Shown here: positions 1 through 11,145 of the stretch, one piece after another
How the letters are laid out: each line of letters opens with the position of its first letter
How positions within the stretch are numbered: position 1 is the stretch's first letter
DNA from: Priapulus caudatus
Taxonomy: Eukaryota
Assembly: GCF_000485595.1 (NCBI RefSeq)
Contig: NW_014577063.1
Location: 576,247-607,693 of the forward strand
DNA length: 31,447 nt
Direction: 5' to 3'
Translations under genes and position numbers: made by a program
The notes under the pieces: model-generated
Databases searched by the model: none
What the model was told of the DNA's origin: nothing
What the model saw: only the letters and a program-made list of their open reading frames with translations

Positions 1-234
1 AAATATCTGAAGGCTAGTACAGTGATCCAACCTCGAGTGTGCCAACTGCAGTTTTTAGTATTCGCAGAAAATGTATTGTGTGCTAAATATATACCGACTG
101 CCCAACTCAGCTATCAGTATCCACTGTTCGTGAAAGAAAAAAATTATACCCTTTCTTACCGTACCGTCTTAAGTGGTAAGACATTCTCTCAATGCAACTA
201 ATAAGGGACCATCCACTCAACTTTTCGAAAACGT

Positions 235-320
235 AACTCACACTGTTACTCACTGTCACTGTTACTCACTGTTGTCACTGTTACACACTGTTACTCACTG
301 TTACGGTGTCTCACTGTTAG
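235..320. repeat. Short CACTGTTACT tandem repeat
   Basis: About 10-bp unit with variants, repeated ~8 times. Confidence 0.8.
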
Positions 321-1754
321 AGAGACATTTCGTTCATAAAAGAAGAAAATTAGTGAGTATAAGTAAAGAAGATCTATTTCACAGATAGAAATCTATGTAA
401 GGTAAATAAGAGTTAGTTTAGTTATCCTGTTTGGTCAGAGATATAAAATTGCGTCCATGTAGGTCAGTGTAATATAGGTTCAGTACGTACGATGTTTATC
501 AAGCAGCTTTCCCCGCTATATATGGTACGACAACAAACCATTTGATTACAACACCTGCAATCAGTGAGGTGTATGTATGCCTACTTTGCTAGAGTACGCA
601 CGTACTTCGTAAGCTAGACTGTAGAGCGATGGAATATGCTCTACCTTTAATCTTGGTGGTGGTGCAGTGTCCACCACGAGAGTGAGCTTATTATTTATTG
701 CTTATGCTGGTTATATGCACTATGTAATCTGGCTATGTCCATTATGTTGGAGCCGCTAAACCATATCGGTTTGGTCGACATTGATTCCCATTCAGAATTC
801 TCCCATTAAAATCAGGTCTCCATCAAATGCATTGCACGTAATATTGCCTGGGCTAACGCATGCTAGCACTGGTATGCAGTATATTAGTGTTCTGAGCCAG
901 GCTCACAATGATCAATCATACATAGAATCAAAGAATTTTACACGAATCAAAGATGTCCACGCCCTGCAAGACCCCCAGCAGCCTTATTTTCACAAGCCGA
1001 TGTCGCTTGAAATAGTTAGTATTAGTCGTTTCTGACGTCGTATGAAGTATGAAAGTACAGTTGTGCTTTTGGTAACTTTGTATGGTTAAATAGCTGTATT
1101 GTATTTTCCATTTTGAAGCTCCGTTCGATACAAACGAAACAGTTAAACCACATATGAATATATAATCATTTTATATATGTACTAGCTATTACCCGTCCTC
1201 CAGACGGGTTTGAATGCATGGGGTCTGATTTGAGGATGGCGGTTTAACCATTTATCTCTCACTTTTAGTTGAGGATGTATTTACAGTAAATACTGATATG
1301 TAGACTTGAGTCATCTATCATTATTTGTTTAAGGATACTCTCAAGGTTTTAGGAAATTTTTTTCTCATACCGATTTTTCATTTTCAACTTTATTCGATGA
1401 CTAACACTATGTNTAAAAGAAAAAGGATGAGACGAAAAAGGACGGAAATGACCAATTGATTGTTCAATTGAACAGTCGTTTTAATCAATTCAGCGTTCAT
1501 TGAGCATTAAATAACGATGTGCCAAATTGAATCGCCATTGACAAATCAAAGGCAACGAATACTGAGATAGGCGTATTGAATCATGAATGGAGCAATTTGC
1601 CGAGGCTCGTCAATCGTCCAAAATCAAACGTAATACGGCTACTGGCACATGCGCAACAGAGGCATGACGGAGTGGCGCGTAGCGCCTGACGTTTGGGCTA
1701 GGAACGGCAGCATGTCGGTAATTCCCGCGTTTCGCAGGTCCTAAATGCGGGTGT

Positions 1755-2720
1755 AAACCCGCGTGTGACTGCGTGTACCCGCGTGTACGTGTCGATGTAC
1801 CCGCGGGTGCACTCGCCGGGTACCCCCGCGGTACGTAGCGTGTACCCGCGTGTAACGTGCGTGTACGGCCCAGCGTGTACTGTGCGTGTACCGTGCGTGT
1901 ACGTGCGGTGAATGTATCGTTGCGTGTACACGGGTTAACCATGGTGTACGTACGTGTATCCTGTGGTGTACGTGCGCGTGTAGCGTGGCGTGTACCCGCG
2001 TGATGACTGCGTTACGGCCGGTGGTAGGTGCGTGTAGTCCGCGTGTACGTGGCAGTGTACCGTGCGTGAACTCCGCGTGTATTCTGCGTGTAGCCCGGGT
2101 ACGGTGCCGTGTACCCGCGTGCACGGTACACGCGGTACACGGAGATACACTGTCACTGTACCACCAGATTACACGCACGTAACGCACGTCCACGGCAGAT
2201 ACACGCACGTAGCACAGCGGGTACACGGAGATACAGCGGCAGGGCACGCGGGTATCACGCAGCCGTGCACGCGGTAACGGTCCACGTACAGCGCCCGCGG
2301 GTAACGGTCGCGGAGTACGTACACGCCGTACACGCGGTACAATCGAAGCGTGCGTGACGACGCGGGTACACGCACGTGCACGCAGCGTGCACGCGGTTAC
2401 ACGCACGTACACGGGCGGGTAACACGCGGACGTGCACGACGCAGGTACAGATAACGCACAAAATACACCTGTACAACTGCGCAGATAAACACGATGGATG
2501 AAGCAAAGCACGTAACACGCTGGTACCATCGACGGGAAGGGGCAGTTGCCATGAGTATCAGAAACACGCACGGTGCAGCGCACGTGCACGCGGGTACACG
2601 CAACCGTCACGCGTGCACACGCGAGGGGTACACGCACGTACACGCGGTGACACGCGAGCGGTACACGCGGATACACGCACGTACACAGCGCACGTAAACG
2701 CGGGGTGCGCGGGTCCACGC
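1755..2720. repeat. CpG-rich fold-back minisatellite (copy 1)
   Basis: Left half built from GTACCCGCGTGTACGTGCGTGT-like units, right half from their reverse complement ACACGCACGTACACGCGGGTAC. Polarity switches near 2120-2160. Confidence 0.85.
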
Positions 2721-3382
2721 TCGTACCGTCCGCTTCCGTTTCCTTTCTCCCATTTCCTATTAGAACTTTTAAAATAGGAAACGGATCACGAAACCATGTT
2801 CGCGCATTTCCGTATTTACGACTTTAAACTAGGAAACGGATCAGAGAACCCATTTCCCGATTTCCTATTTATACCTTTTAAAATTAGGCAACGGATCAGA
2901 AACCCGATTTCCCTACCTTGTTCCTATTTGTCATTTTTTTTGCAACGTCAAATGGGAAAACAAACTAACGGTATGTACCGTGATTTAGTAATCTCAATCT
3001 AGTATATCGTAGCAGGTGTGCGTCCGAGATTCAAAAATTCCCGTGAAACCCGGCCACAACGGAGCTCTAACAAGTTTTCATTTCAATGACCTACTTTATC
3101 ACACGCACTGTCTAAAAATAGGTGTTGGTATAGACTTTTGGTGTTGGTGTTGGTATAGGACATGGTAAAACCATTATAGCTTTTCACTTCGCTGCGCTGG
3201 CTGCGCCGCTTTCAGCTACTTGGCTTTCAGCTTAACTGTGTAAAGCATGCTGATGAATGAGCAAGTGAATCGTCTAGACTCCAGACGGACACACAGCAAA
3301 CAACGCAGGCCTGCTATGCGCTCGCGATGCCCCGACCTTCTGCGCGTATTTGAACGCAATTAACTTACATCTTGAACGTATT

Positions 3383-3586
3383 TGGGCTTTAAAGGTCATA
3401 GAGTGATTTCGGTTTTAAAAGTCATGGAGTGATATCGGCTTGAAAAGTCATGGATTGATTTGGGCTTTAAAAGTCATGGAGTGATTTGCGCTTTAAAAGT
3501 CATGGAGTGATAATTGGGATTTAAAAGTCATGGAGTGATAATTGGGCTTCAAAAGTCATGGAGTGATTTGAGCTTGAAAAGTCATC
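3383..3586. repeat. ~26-28 bp tandem repeat inside the Helitron
   Basis: Repeated GGCTTTAAAAGTCATGGAGTGATTT, about 7-8 units; fewer units in the second copy (~11735-11835). Confidence 0.85.
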
Positions 3587-3989
3587 AGAGGTGTATAATT
3601 ATTATTGACTATTATTATACACTCCTGATATTATGATATAATATATAGTATCACGAATTATTTTTCAGTGCTGTCGATCGAAAAACAAATAAATTTACGA
3701 CTAATTAATGTGAACACTCACCTACCTACCTCATCACCTACTACCTAGAGCTTACCTATTTCATGTGGTTTGTTGGCTTAGTTACATCCCAAGGATATGG
3801 GATGCTAGTGCGCGTCGTAAGACGATATTAATTTATAGTAAGGTGCGCTGACGGTGTTTCACCGGAGGCATTACTGGAAGCCACCTTCAGCGGGGAACAG
3901 ATCGATTTATGTCAGTCAAGAGTCTTTGATGTCAGATTTTATGTCAGTTTAATTGGCAGCTGCGTTACGGTGATATTGAGAAGGCGCTA

Positions 3990-4100
3990 CCGTAACGATA
4001 CAGCGCCGTAACGATACAGCGCCGTAACGATACAGCGTCGTAACGATACAGCGCCGTAACGATACAGCGACGTAACGATACAGCGCCGTAACGATACATG
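3990..4100. repeat. 16-bp tandem repeat inside the Helitron
   Basis: CGTAACGATACAGCGC, about 7 units; degenerate counterpart at ~12285-12410. Confidence 0.85.
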
Positions 4101-5759
4101 CCGTATACGTGGTGAGAGCAGTAAACGTGAAAAGACGTTGAAAGTATAGTTTGGAAAAGGTTTGTTCGTTATGACACATATAACCGATCGAAAAAGAAAT
4201 GAAAGTGAAGATAGACATCCCACCCCAACCGCTTCCCTTCCGCTCTCCGTCCCCTCTTGCTTTCTGCCTCCCTTATTCGCTCCCTCTACCTCTCCCACCC
4301 ACTCCCTCTCTTTCCTCCCTTTCTCTCTCACTCACTCTTGTTCTCTACCCCCTCTCAAGCTATGCTTGGACTGCGCATGCGGATTTTGCGATCTTAAAAG
4401 TTGGTGCGGGTTTCCGATGAATGCCGAAGTTTCTTCGGGCACATAACTTTTTAGAAAATTGCTTCCAAAAGTCTTTACGATCGAAAAATCGCGTTCTAAC
4501 GTAGCGGAACGCTAAAAAAAATTGCAACGCCCAGAAGGGACCCCAGCTCCATTCGCGCGAGCACACGCGGCACGGTTTCGGAGGAGATACGGAAAACGAC
4601 CCTTCGGCTCTTTCTACTATTATATAGTAGATAGCGAACTATTTTGGTGCGCATTATATTGTAGTCGCTGGATAATTTCTGCTGCCAGACAACTGTGCGC
4701 TATAGCTGTGTGCTATGTGCGCCGTGAAATGGGTGCACAATTGTAGTGTAATTGTGTGTAAGAACAGGAATAAAATTAGAATAGACTCAATAGAGGGATG
4801 TAGTTCACAACTGCCGCTTCACCGTATATTATTTACCCACTAAAAGCACGTAAAAATCACACAAGGTAAAAATAAAGGTTGCGCGCTACACAGTAAATTT
4901 AGAAACAGACGAGGGTGAGAGCTAGACCCTCGTGTCTCTCGTGTGTAGCAGCTGTCTATGTGTCCAGCAGTCCGGAGATAGATCGTTGCTTCTAGCCAGC
5001 TGGTATGGTGTAAAATTAGCATGTGTGTGAGCTGGTATTAGATGCTTTCGCGGAATGACATTAGCGTTGCTACATTCCCCCCCCCCACGCCGGGGAAAGA
5101 CGATGACCCATCGTCACTGCAGCTCCGACAGCTCTACTAAAATAAGGTGTTAAATTCCGTATGAAGAGCAACGGTAATGTCATTTGCCGCAATGATAGAA
5201 GATCCTATTACTTTAGTCAAGTATGATGTGAATTTAGAAAAGTGATGAATAAAGAGGTAGCATAGGTAGGTAGAAGATGTAGCCGTCGCACTAGAAGGCC
5301 CTGTCACACTAGAGCTACGCTCATCACGATCGCCCCACGCTCAAAAAAATTGCCCGAGCATGGTGAGAGCGTGGCCAATTGGGCCCCAGCCGGGCCCAGC
5401 GCCGATACTACGATCTAATTACGTCGATACTACGATCTAAGTGCGTCTTTACCCTGATCTCATTGCGCCCAACAAGCTTTCACCACGCTCCATACCACGC
5501 TCAACACACGCCCGCATCACGCCTGCACTGCGCTCACTGCATCTTCATTGCGACCAATCAGATCGCATTGCGTTCGAACGACGCTTGCACTGCGCCTAAG
5601 CAATGCTCACCGCGCCTCAACTGCGCGCCAATCACGCTCTAGTCAGGCGCCGACTGCGCTGGCAACGACCATATAAATACTGCGCCGCATTCTATACATC
5701 ATCATTCATTCTGCCGTGCAGTCAAGATTACATCAAGATTATTTTCTACTGACACAACT

Positions 5760-5995
5760 ATGCCACCAAAAGACAAGAGGAGAGGCCGTGGAAGGGGGAA
5801 AGGCCGAGCAAAGAATCCAAAGAGGTGCAGGAGTCCGTCATCTCCATCAAGTGTTGCCCTGGATCAGCTCCCAGCCTCCCAGCCTCAAGAATCCCTGCCT
5901 CCAGCCGCGCAGGCCCATGAGAGTGACGTAGACACCGACGCTGCGAGTGTCACCAGCAAGACCAGTGTAGCCAGAAAGGGCAAGAACCCTTGTTT
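5760..5995 (+). pseudogene. 5' fragment of the Harbinger second ORF (putative Myb/SANT-type DNA-binding partner)
   Basis: MPPKDKRRGRGRGKGRAK... basic, low-complexity N-terminus downstream of TATAAAT (~5672), convergent with the transposase, cut off where the duplicated right end starts. The Myb/SANT domain itself is not visible; identity is inferred from element architecture. Confidence 0.5.
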
Positions 5996-6419
5996 TACGG
6001 CGAGAACGGCTCACGCACCCGACACGCTTGCGATACGATCATTAAGTTCGTATTACGCTCGAGTTACGTGGGTACTACGCCTTCCACGCCTCTAATACGC
6101 CCGCACTGCGCTGTCTTTCCGCCACGCTCGCACCACGATTGTTTTGAACATGCTCAGTTTGGCCACGCTGTCCACGCTCATGGTGACTGCACCACGCTCG
6201 ATCGCGATCGCAGTACGTCCATATACGTTCATACTGCGTTCTACACGTTTCCACCACGCTCTTAGAGCGTAGTACGAGCATAGTGAGATCGGGGCCCTGG
6301 TGTGAATGGGGTATAAGCAACGCTCACCGTGCCTCAACTGCGCGCCAGTCACGCTCCTAGTGCGACTTAATCATGCTTTAGTCAGGCGCCGACTGCGCTG
6401 GCAACGACCATATAAATAC

Positions 6420-7095
6420 CATGGCATCCACCAAAGCCATGAGCACCACGGAAAACAAGCCCTTATATGTATGAATCGATACAATGAGCCAGAGTTCGGG
6501 GGGGGGGCATCTGATGGCCACATGTTTTCCGTCGATGGCACCGCAGGCATGGGGCACATTCCATTTTCTCAGGAAATCCTCGGCAATGGCATGCCATTCT
6601 TCTGGTATCGTAGGACACGAAATGACCTCCTCTTTGTGTTCTTCTACAATAGCCTGGCACACCTCTGGAACCAACAGCGATATGGTGTTGCGGGCCACTC
6701 TGAAGTCATACTGAAGTGAGGGATATTTATCACCCGATGCTAGATGCCTTATGGTGACTGCCAGTTTCAGTCCTGGTTCAAGTGCTTTTCTGTATCGGGT
6801 GTCCTGCTTTTGGATTCTCGGATCAATTCTGACAAGCAGTTCATCGAACATCTCCGGAGGCATCCACAGGAAGTTGAACAAGGATGCTTGATATTCCATG
6901 CGGAGCTTACCCATGAGGCGATCATAGTGACCATAGAGAAGTCGTCTCTACCGAAAGCCAAGGACGCACCCAGCAAGATTTTCGTTGTCTTCTATTTCTC
7001 CTCATCTTCCTCAGCATGATGAGGGCTTGGCAATCAAGTAATTCGAGTTGTCCTTCTACGAGAAACATGGCATGGAGTAGTGTTGCCTCATCCAT
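6420..7095 (-). pseudogene. Harbinger/HARBI1-like DDE transposase, frameshifted and 3'-truncated
   Basis: ATG at 7095 gives ...RKSCWVRPWL, then a frameshift into ...FNFLWMPPEMFDELL...LAVTIRHLASGDKYPSLQYDFRVARNTIS...WNVPHACGAIDGKHVAIRCPP...YKGLFSVVLMALVDA. GAIDGKH is the first catalytic Asp motif of Harbinger transposases; the remaining D and E are missing. Confidence 0.9.
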
Positions 7096-7764
7096 AGTGG
7101 ACACTGAACTGGTCGGGTGGCCAGGGTAGCACCCCAATTTATACTCCAAGTTTGCAGGACGTGATCTGAACGTGGTATTGACGCAACTAACACGTAATGC
7201 GAACGCCACAACGGCGTGGTCTGAGCGTGTTGGGCGTAGTACAATGAGAACGGGGGCGACAATTTTCACGCACCCGACACGCTTGTGATACGATCATTAA
7301 GTTACGTTACTCGAGTTACGTGGGTACTACGCCTTCCACGTCTAATACGCCCGCACTGCACTGTCTTTCCGCCACGCTCGCACCACGATTGTTTTAAACA
7401 TGCTCAAAATTTTAGCCACGCTCTCCACACTCATGGTGACTGCACCGCGCTCGATCGCCATCGCAGTACGTCCATATACGTTCATACTGCGTTCTACACG
7501 TTTTCACCACGCTCTTAGAGCGTAGTACAAGCGTAGTGAGATCGGGGCCATGGTGTGAAGGCCCCTTTCGGCGGAAGGCAGGAAATGCACTAGGATTCAG
7601 AACAGTAAAATTTCTAAACAAGATGACAATCAGAATGAGAAAAGCAAGGAAGCATAATAATGAAGTGCAGTAATAACAATAGCAAGCAAAGCAGAAATAC
7701 AGGAAAACTTAGCGCGAAATGTAGCGAAATTTTGCAAACCAAAATTGAAGCGCAGGTGAAAGCA

Positions 7765-7792
7765 AAATTCAACAACAACAGCAACAACAATG

Positions 7793-7824
<32 letters not shown>

Positions 7825-8103
7825 GTGACAGCAATGAAAAGTTCAAACGTATAAGCAGTAAATTAAAACTGTTATGAATAACGTATAACGTATACGTAAT
7901 AAATACGGATTAAAGCACGATAAAATACGGCAGTGCAAACACAATACATAGACATAAACGATGCATGAAATAAGCAAGAAATATGGGATACATGACATAG
8001 GAAATAAATAGGCAATAAATGGGCAATAGATAAGCAATAAATAGGCAATAAATATGCAATAGATAGGCAATAAATATGCAATAGATAGGCAATAAATAGG
8101 CAA
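7765..8103. repeat. (CAA)n/(CAG)n microsatellite and GCAATA(A/G)ATA tandem repeat
   Basis: CAG x ~9 at ~7795-7823; 11-12 bp GGCAATAAATA units at ~8000-8103. Confidence 0.85.
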
Positions 8104-9464
8104 AAGCAGGAAGGCAGGATTCTGGGCGCTGATACGTGTTTATGGAAAGAAGGGCTGGGAAAGAGTAGGTAGAAGAGTAGGAGAGAAAAGAAACGCAGTG
8201 CCGAAAGGGAAAGTAGCAAGAAGAATTAGTAATAAACAGAGTAATGGAAGGAGAAAGAAGAGAGTAGAATAGTAGTAACGGATTAAAGTGATGTTGAGGA
8301 GGCCGACGGCGTTGATGACGAGCCGACGGGTCGGGGATGAATCAGGTCGTCCTGGCGTCCTGGTGTCCTGGTGTCCTGCCGTCCTGGTGTTCTGGCGTCG
8401 TGGCTCCGGTGTCCTGGTGCTCATCCCTGGCCTGGGTTGGTCGTCTGTGGCTACTGGCGGCTGGTGGCTGCTGGCGGCTCTATTGCTCCTCCAGAGCGAC
8501 TCCCGGAAGTGGCGCTTCTTCCACAGGCACCCTCAGCGGGACCGTGGTGTCCTTGGGGTGGACTACAGTGAACTCGGGATTATGCTTCCGGAATTTGAGA
8601 CAGTCCTGCACGCAACAACTCCAGCTGCTGTAGCAGAGCTGTTCCGCTGTGCCGCCATAAATTAGGCGAGGCGTTGGGGATGGGGGCCGGCCGGTCAGGT
8701 AGCGGACGTTAATTGCCTCCCTCCTTCCTCCAGCTGCCCCAGTTGGTGAGTATCTCCCTGCGGGCCAGCGGGGAGGATGGTGGCTGTGTTGGTTTCATCA
8801 TCCTTATGATGCTGGGTCGTCTGGCACGGTGTGGTGGCTGGCTGGTGTGTACTGCTGGTGGTTACTGGTAGCCTGTGAAGATGTCTGTGGCCGTTTTACG
8901 GAGTGGGTAGCATAGTGAAGGGGAGAGAAAGAACCGGTTACTACAATGAAGTATGAAGCGTGCAAAGCGGATGCGAAAATATATAGGCTGCCTGGACCAG
9001 AAGGGTCGTAATTTGCATGGTCAAAATAAAATGATGCATGCCTGCTGTACGTGCAGTGCTAGTGCTTCTAATTATCTCCGCCCCACGGAGTTGGAGGAGG
9101 TTATGTTTTCGCTCTTGTGTGTTCGTGTGTTCGCGCGATCGATATTAGCGCATTAGCCAGTTCAGCCAGCCAGCCAGTGATACCCAGCGAGCCAGCGCAG
9201 CGAGCCAGCGAGCGTGTACATGTGAGCGAGCAGCAAGCCAGCGTGTACCTGTCAGTACGCTGGCGTATATCATGGTTTATTCGTGAGTCGTATGGTGTAT
9301 GGCGTTTGTCGCTGGCGGAGGTATGCACTCTCCGAGAGTGCACTCTGTCTAGTTCTACTTTGGCATGCTTTCAAACCTAGCAGTATGTCCAAGTCATTGT
9401 CTATCGATATGTGTGACGACGATTGGTACTACTGTAAAATATAACTATGATAATTACACACGCA

Positions 9465-9484
9465 AACATATATATACACAGTTT

Positions 9485-9517
<33 letters not shown>

Positions 9518-9675
9518 ACGCACACGCAGAACACGCACGACGCGAACCACGCACGGGCGAACACACACAGCACACACACACGACACACATGAACACACAT
9601 GACACATCAGCACACAACACACACACACACACACACACACACAACAACAACACTACACACTACACACAAACACAA
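9465..9675. repeat. (CA)n-rich microsatellite
   Basis: Compound CA/CACG/CAA repeats. Confidence 0.9.
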
Positions 9676-9864
9676 ACAGAGTATATATCAGGTAGGGTAA
9701 CTACTGTCCCCAGGAAAGACAAACAATCTGCCGGCTCTAATCAAAACAAGTTTCTACAGCCATGGTCCGACCATCAATTCGAATAACCACGACGCAGATT
9801 GCGCGCTAACAGACTCGTAAGGGCGACGCCCTTAAACTATGGGGGGGATAGTTGTCAAAATTTA

Positions 9865-10185
9865 AACGTTCAATTGATCGATTGATTGTTCAAATTGAAC
9901 AGTCGTTTAATCATGTCAAAACGTTCAAGTTGAAATCGATATGGATTGTTATAATTTGAAACAGTCGTTTAATCATTCACGTTCAATTGATCAGAATGAT
10001 ACTGTTCAACTTGATCGATTGAATTGTTCAATTGAACAGTCGTTTAATCAATTCAACGTTTACTTGATCGATTGATTGTTCAAGTTGAAGCAGTCGTTTA
10101 ACTCCATTCAAGACGTTCAATTGATCGATTGATTGTTCAAGATTGAACAGTGCGTTTTATTATTGCAACACGTTCAAATTGAGCA
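9865..10185. repeat. ~50-bp tandem repeat
   Basis: About 6 units of AACGTTCAATTGATCGATTGATTGTTCAATTGAACAGTCGTTTAATCAATTC; roughly one unit remains at ~1453-1500 in copy 1. Confidence 0.8.
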
Positions 10186-10449
10186 AGTTAATAACGAATT
10201 GCCAAATTGAATCACCAATTGACTAAATCAAAGGCACGAATACTGAATAGGCGTGACTTGAATACTGAACTAGGATAACTGAATAGTGCTGTATAGGCGA
10301 ATAATAGAATGGATGCAATTGCCGAAGGCTCGTCAATCGCGCAAATCAAACGTATACGCTACTGCACATGCCGCACAAGAGGCATGACGGACAGAGCCGG
10401 TGGTAGCGCGGTACGTTCTAGAACCAATCGGCCGGCGTTTCGCGCAGGC

Positions 10450-11145
10450 TAAGTGCGTGTACACGCGTGTACGTGCGTGCCCAGCGTGTACTGCGTGACC
10501 CGCGTCCGCGACGTGCGGGTACCCGCGTGTACGTGCGCGTGTACCCGCGTGTAGCGTGGCGGGTGTACCGCGTGTACGTGCGTGTACCGCGCGTGTAACA
10601 GTGCGTGATATCGCGTGTACGGGTGCGTGGTACCTGCGTGTAGCGTATGCGTGTACCCGCGTGTACGTGCGTGTATCTGCGTGTAACCGCGCGTGTACGT
10701 GCGGTGTACCCGCGTGCTACGTACACGCGGGTAGCACGGCGATACCACGCACTAGCACCGCAGATACACGCGGGTACACGGAGATACACGCAGGTACAAC
10801 GCGGGTACATCGCACGTGGCACGCACGTGCAGGCGCGGTAAACGCACGTACTACGCCGTACACGCGCAGCGTACGCCGCGGTCAACGCACGTACACGCCG
10901 TGCACGCGTGCTACCGCGCGCACACGCAGGTAGCACGCACGGTAACACGCGGTACACGCACGTACACGCGGGTAACACGCATACACGCACACGTACACGC
11001 ACGTACCGCACGTACACGCAGATACACGCGACGTACACGCCGGGTTAACACAGCACGTACACGCGGGTACACGCACGTGCACGCGTGCACAACGCGTGCA
11101 CACGCACGTACAACGGCACGTACAGCGCGGGTACACGCACGTACT
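10450..11145. repeat. CpG-rich fold-back minisatellite (copy 2)
   Basis: Same units as 1755-2720; polarity switch at CCCGCGTGCTACGTACACGCGGG near 10710-10731. Confidence 0.85.

Larger units (their letters stand above)
1182..4631 (-). mobile_element. Non-autonomous Helitron (~3.45 kb)
   Basis: On the - strand it starts A|TCTACTATATAATAG (4631) and ends with hairpin ACCCGTC-TGGAG-GACGGGT (1191-1209) followed by AATAGCTAG|T (CTAG = 1182-1185). This gives 5'-TC, 3'-CTAG, subterminal hairpin, AT target and no TSD. No Rep/helicase ORF. Caveat: an 'n' at 1413 lies between the two ends. Confidence 0.75.
5296..7566. mobile_element. Rearranged, defective PIF/Harbinger transposon
   Basis: Imperfect TIRs AGGCCCTGTCACAC (5296) and GTGTGAAGGCCCCT (7553-7566), an extra right end GTGTGAATGGGGTA|TAA at 6300-6316, subterminal CCACGCTC/ACTACG repeats, a Harbinger transposase remnant on - and a convergent second ORF on +. 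Confidence 0.85.

Noticed and set aside
1610..2718. Long Arg/Val/Cys/Thr-rich ORFs (e.g. 325 aa on -) and equivalents at 10418-11169
   Set aside because: Open in many frames on both strands because the minisatellite lacks stop codons; no domain signal.
3584..3628. Additional 7-bp-TSD micro-elements here and at ~15480-15559
   Set aside because: Ends resemble the family (…ACTCCTG / CAGGAG…CTCCTG) but no TSD could be confirmed, so they were not counted.
6378..6914. Domesticated host HARBI1 gene
   Set aside because: Frameshifted, truncated before the second and third catalytic residues, and embedded between TIRs.
7660..7854. Poly-Q/poly-N protein
   Set aside because: Microsatellite-derived short ORF without convincing splice sites or homology.
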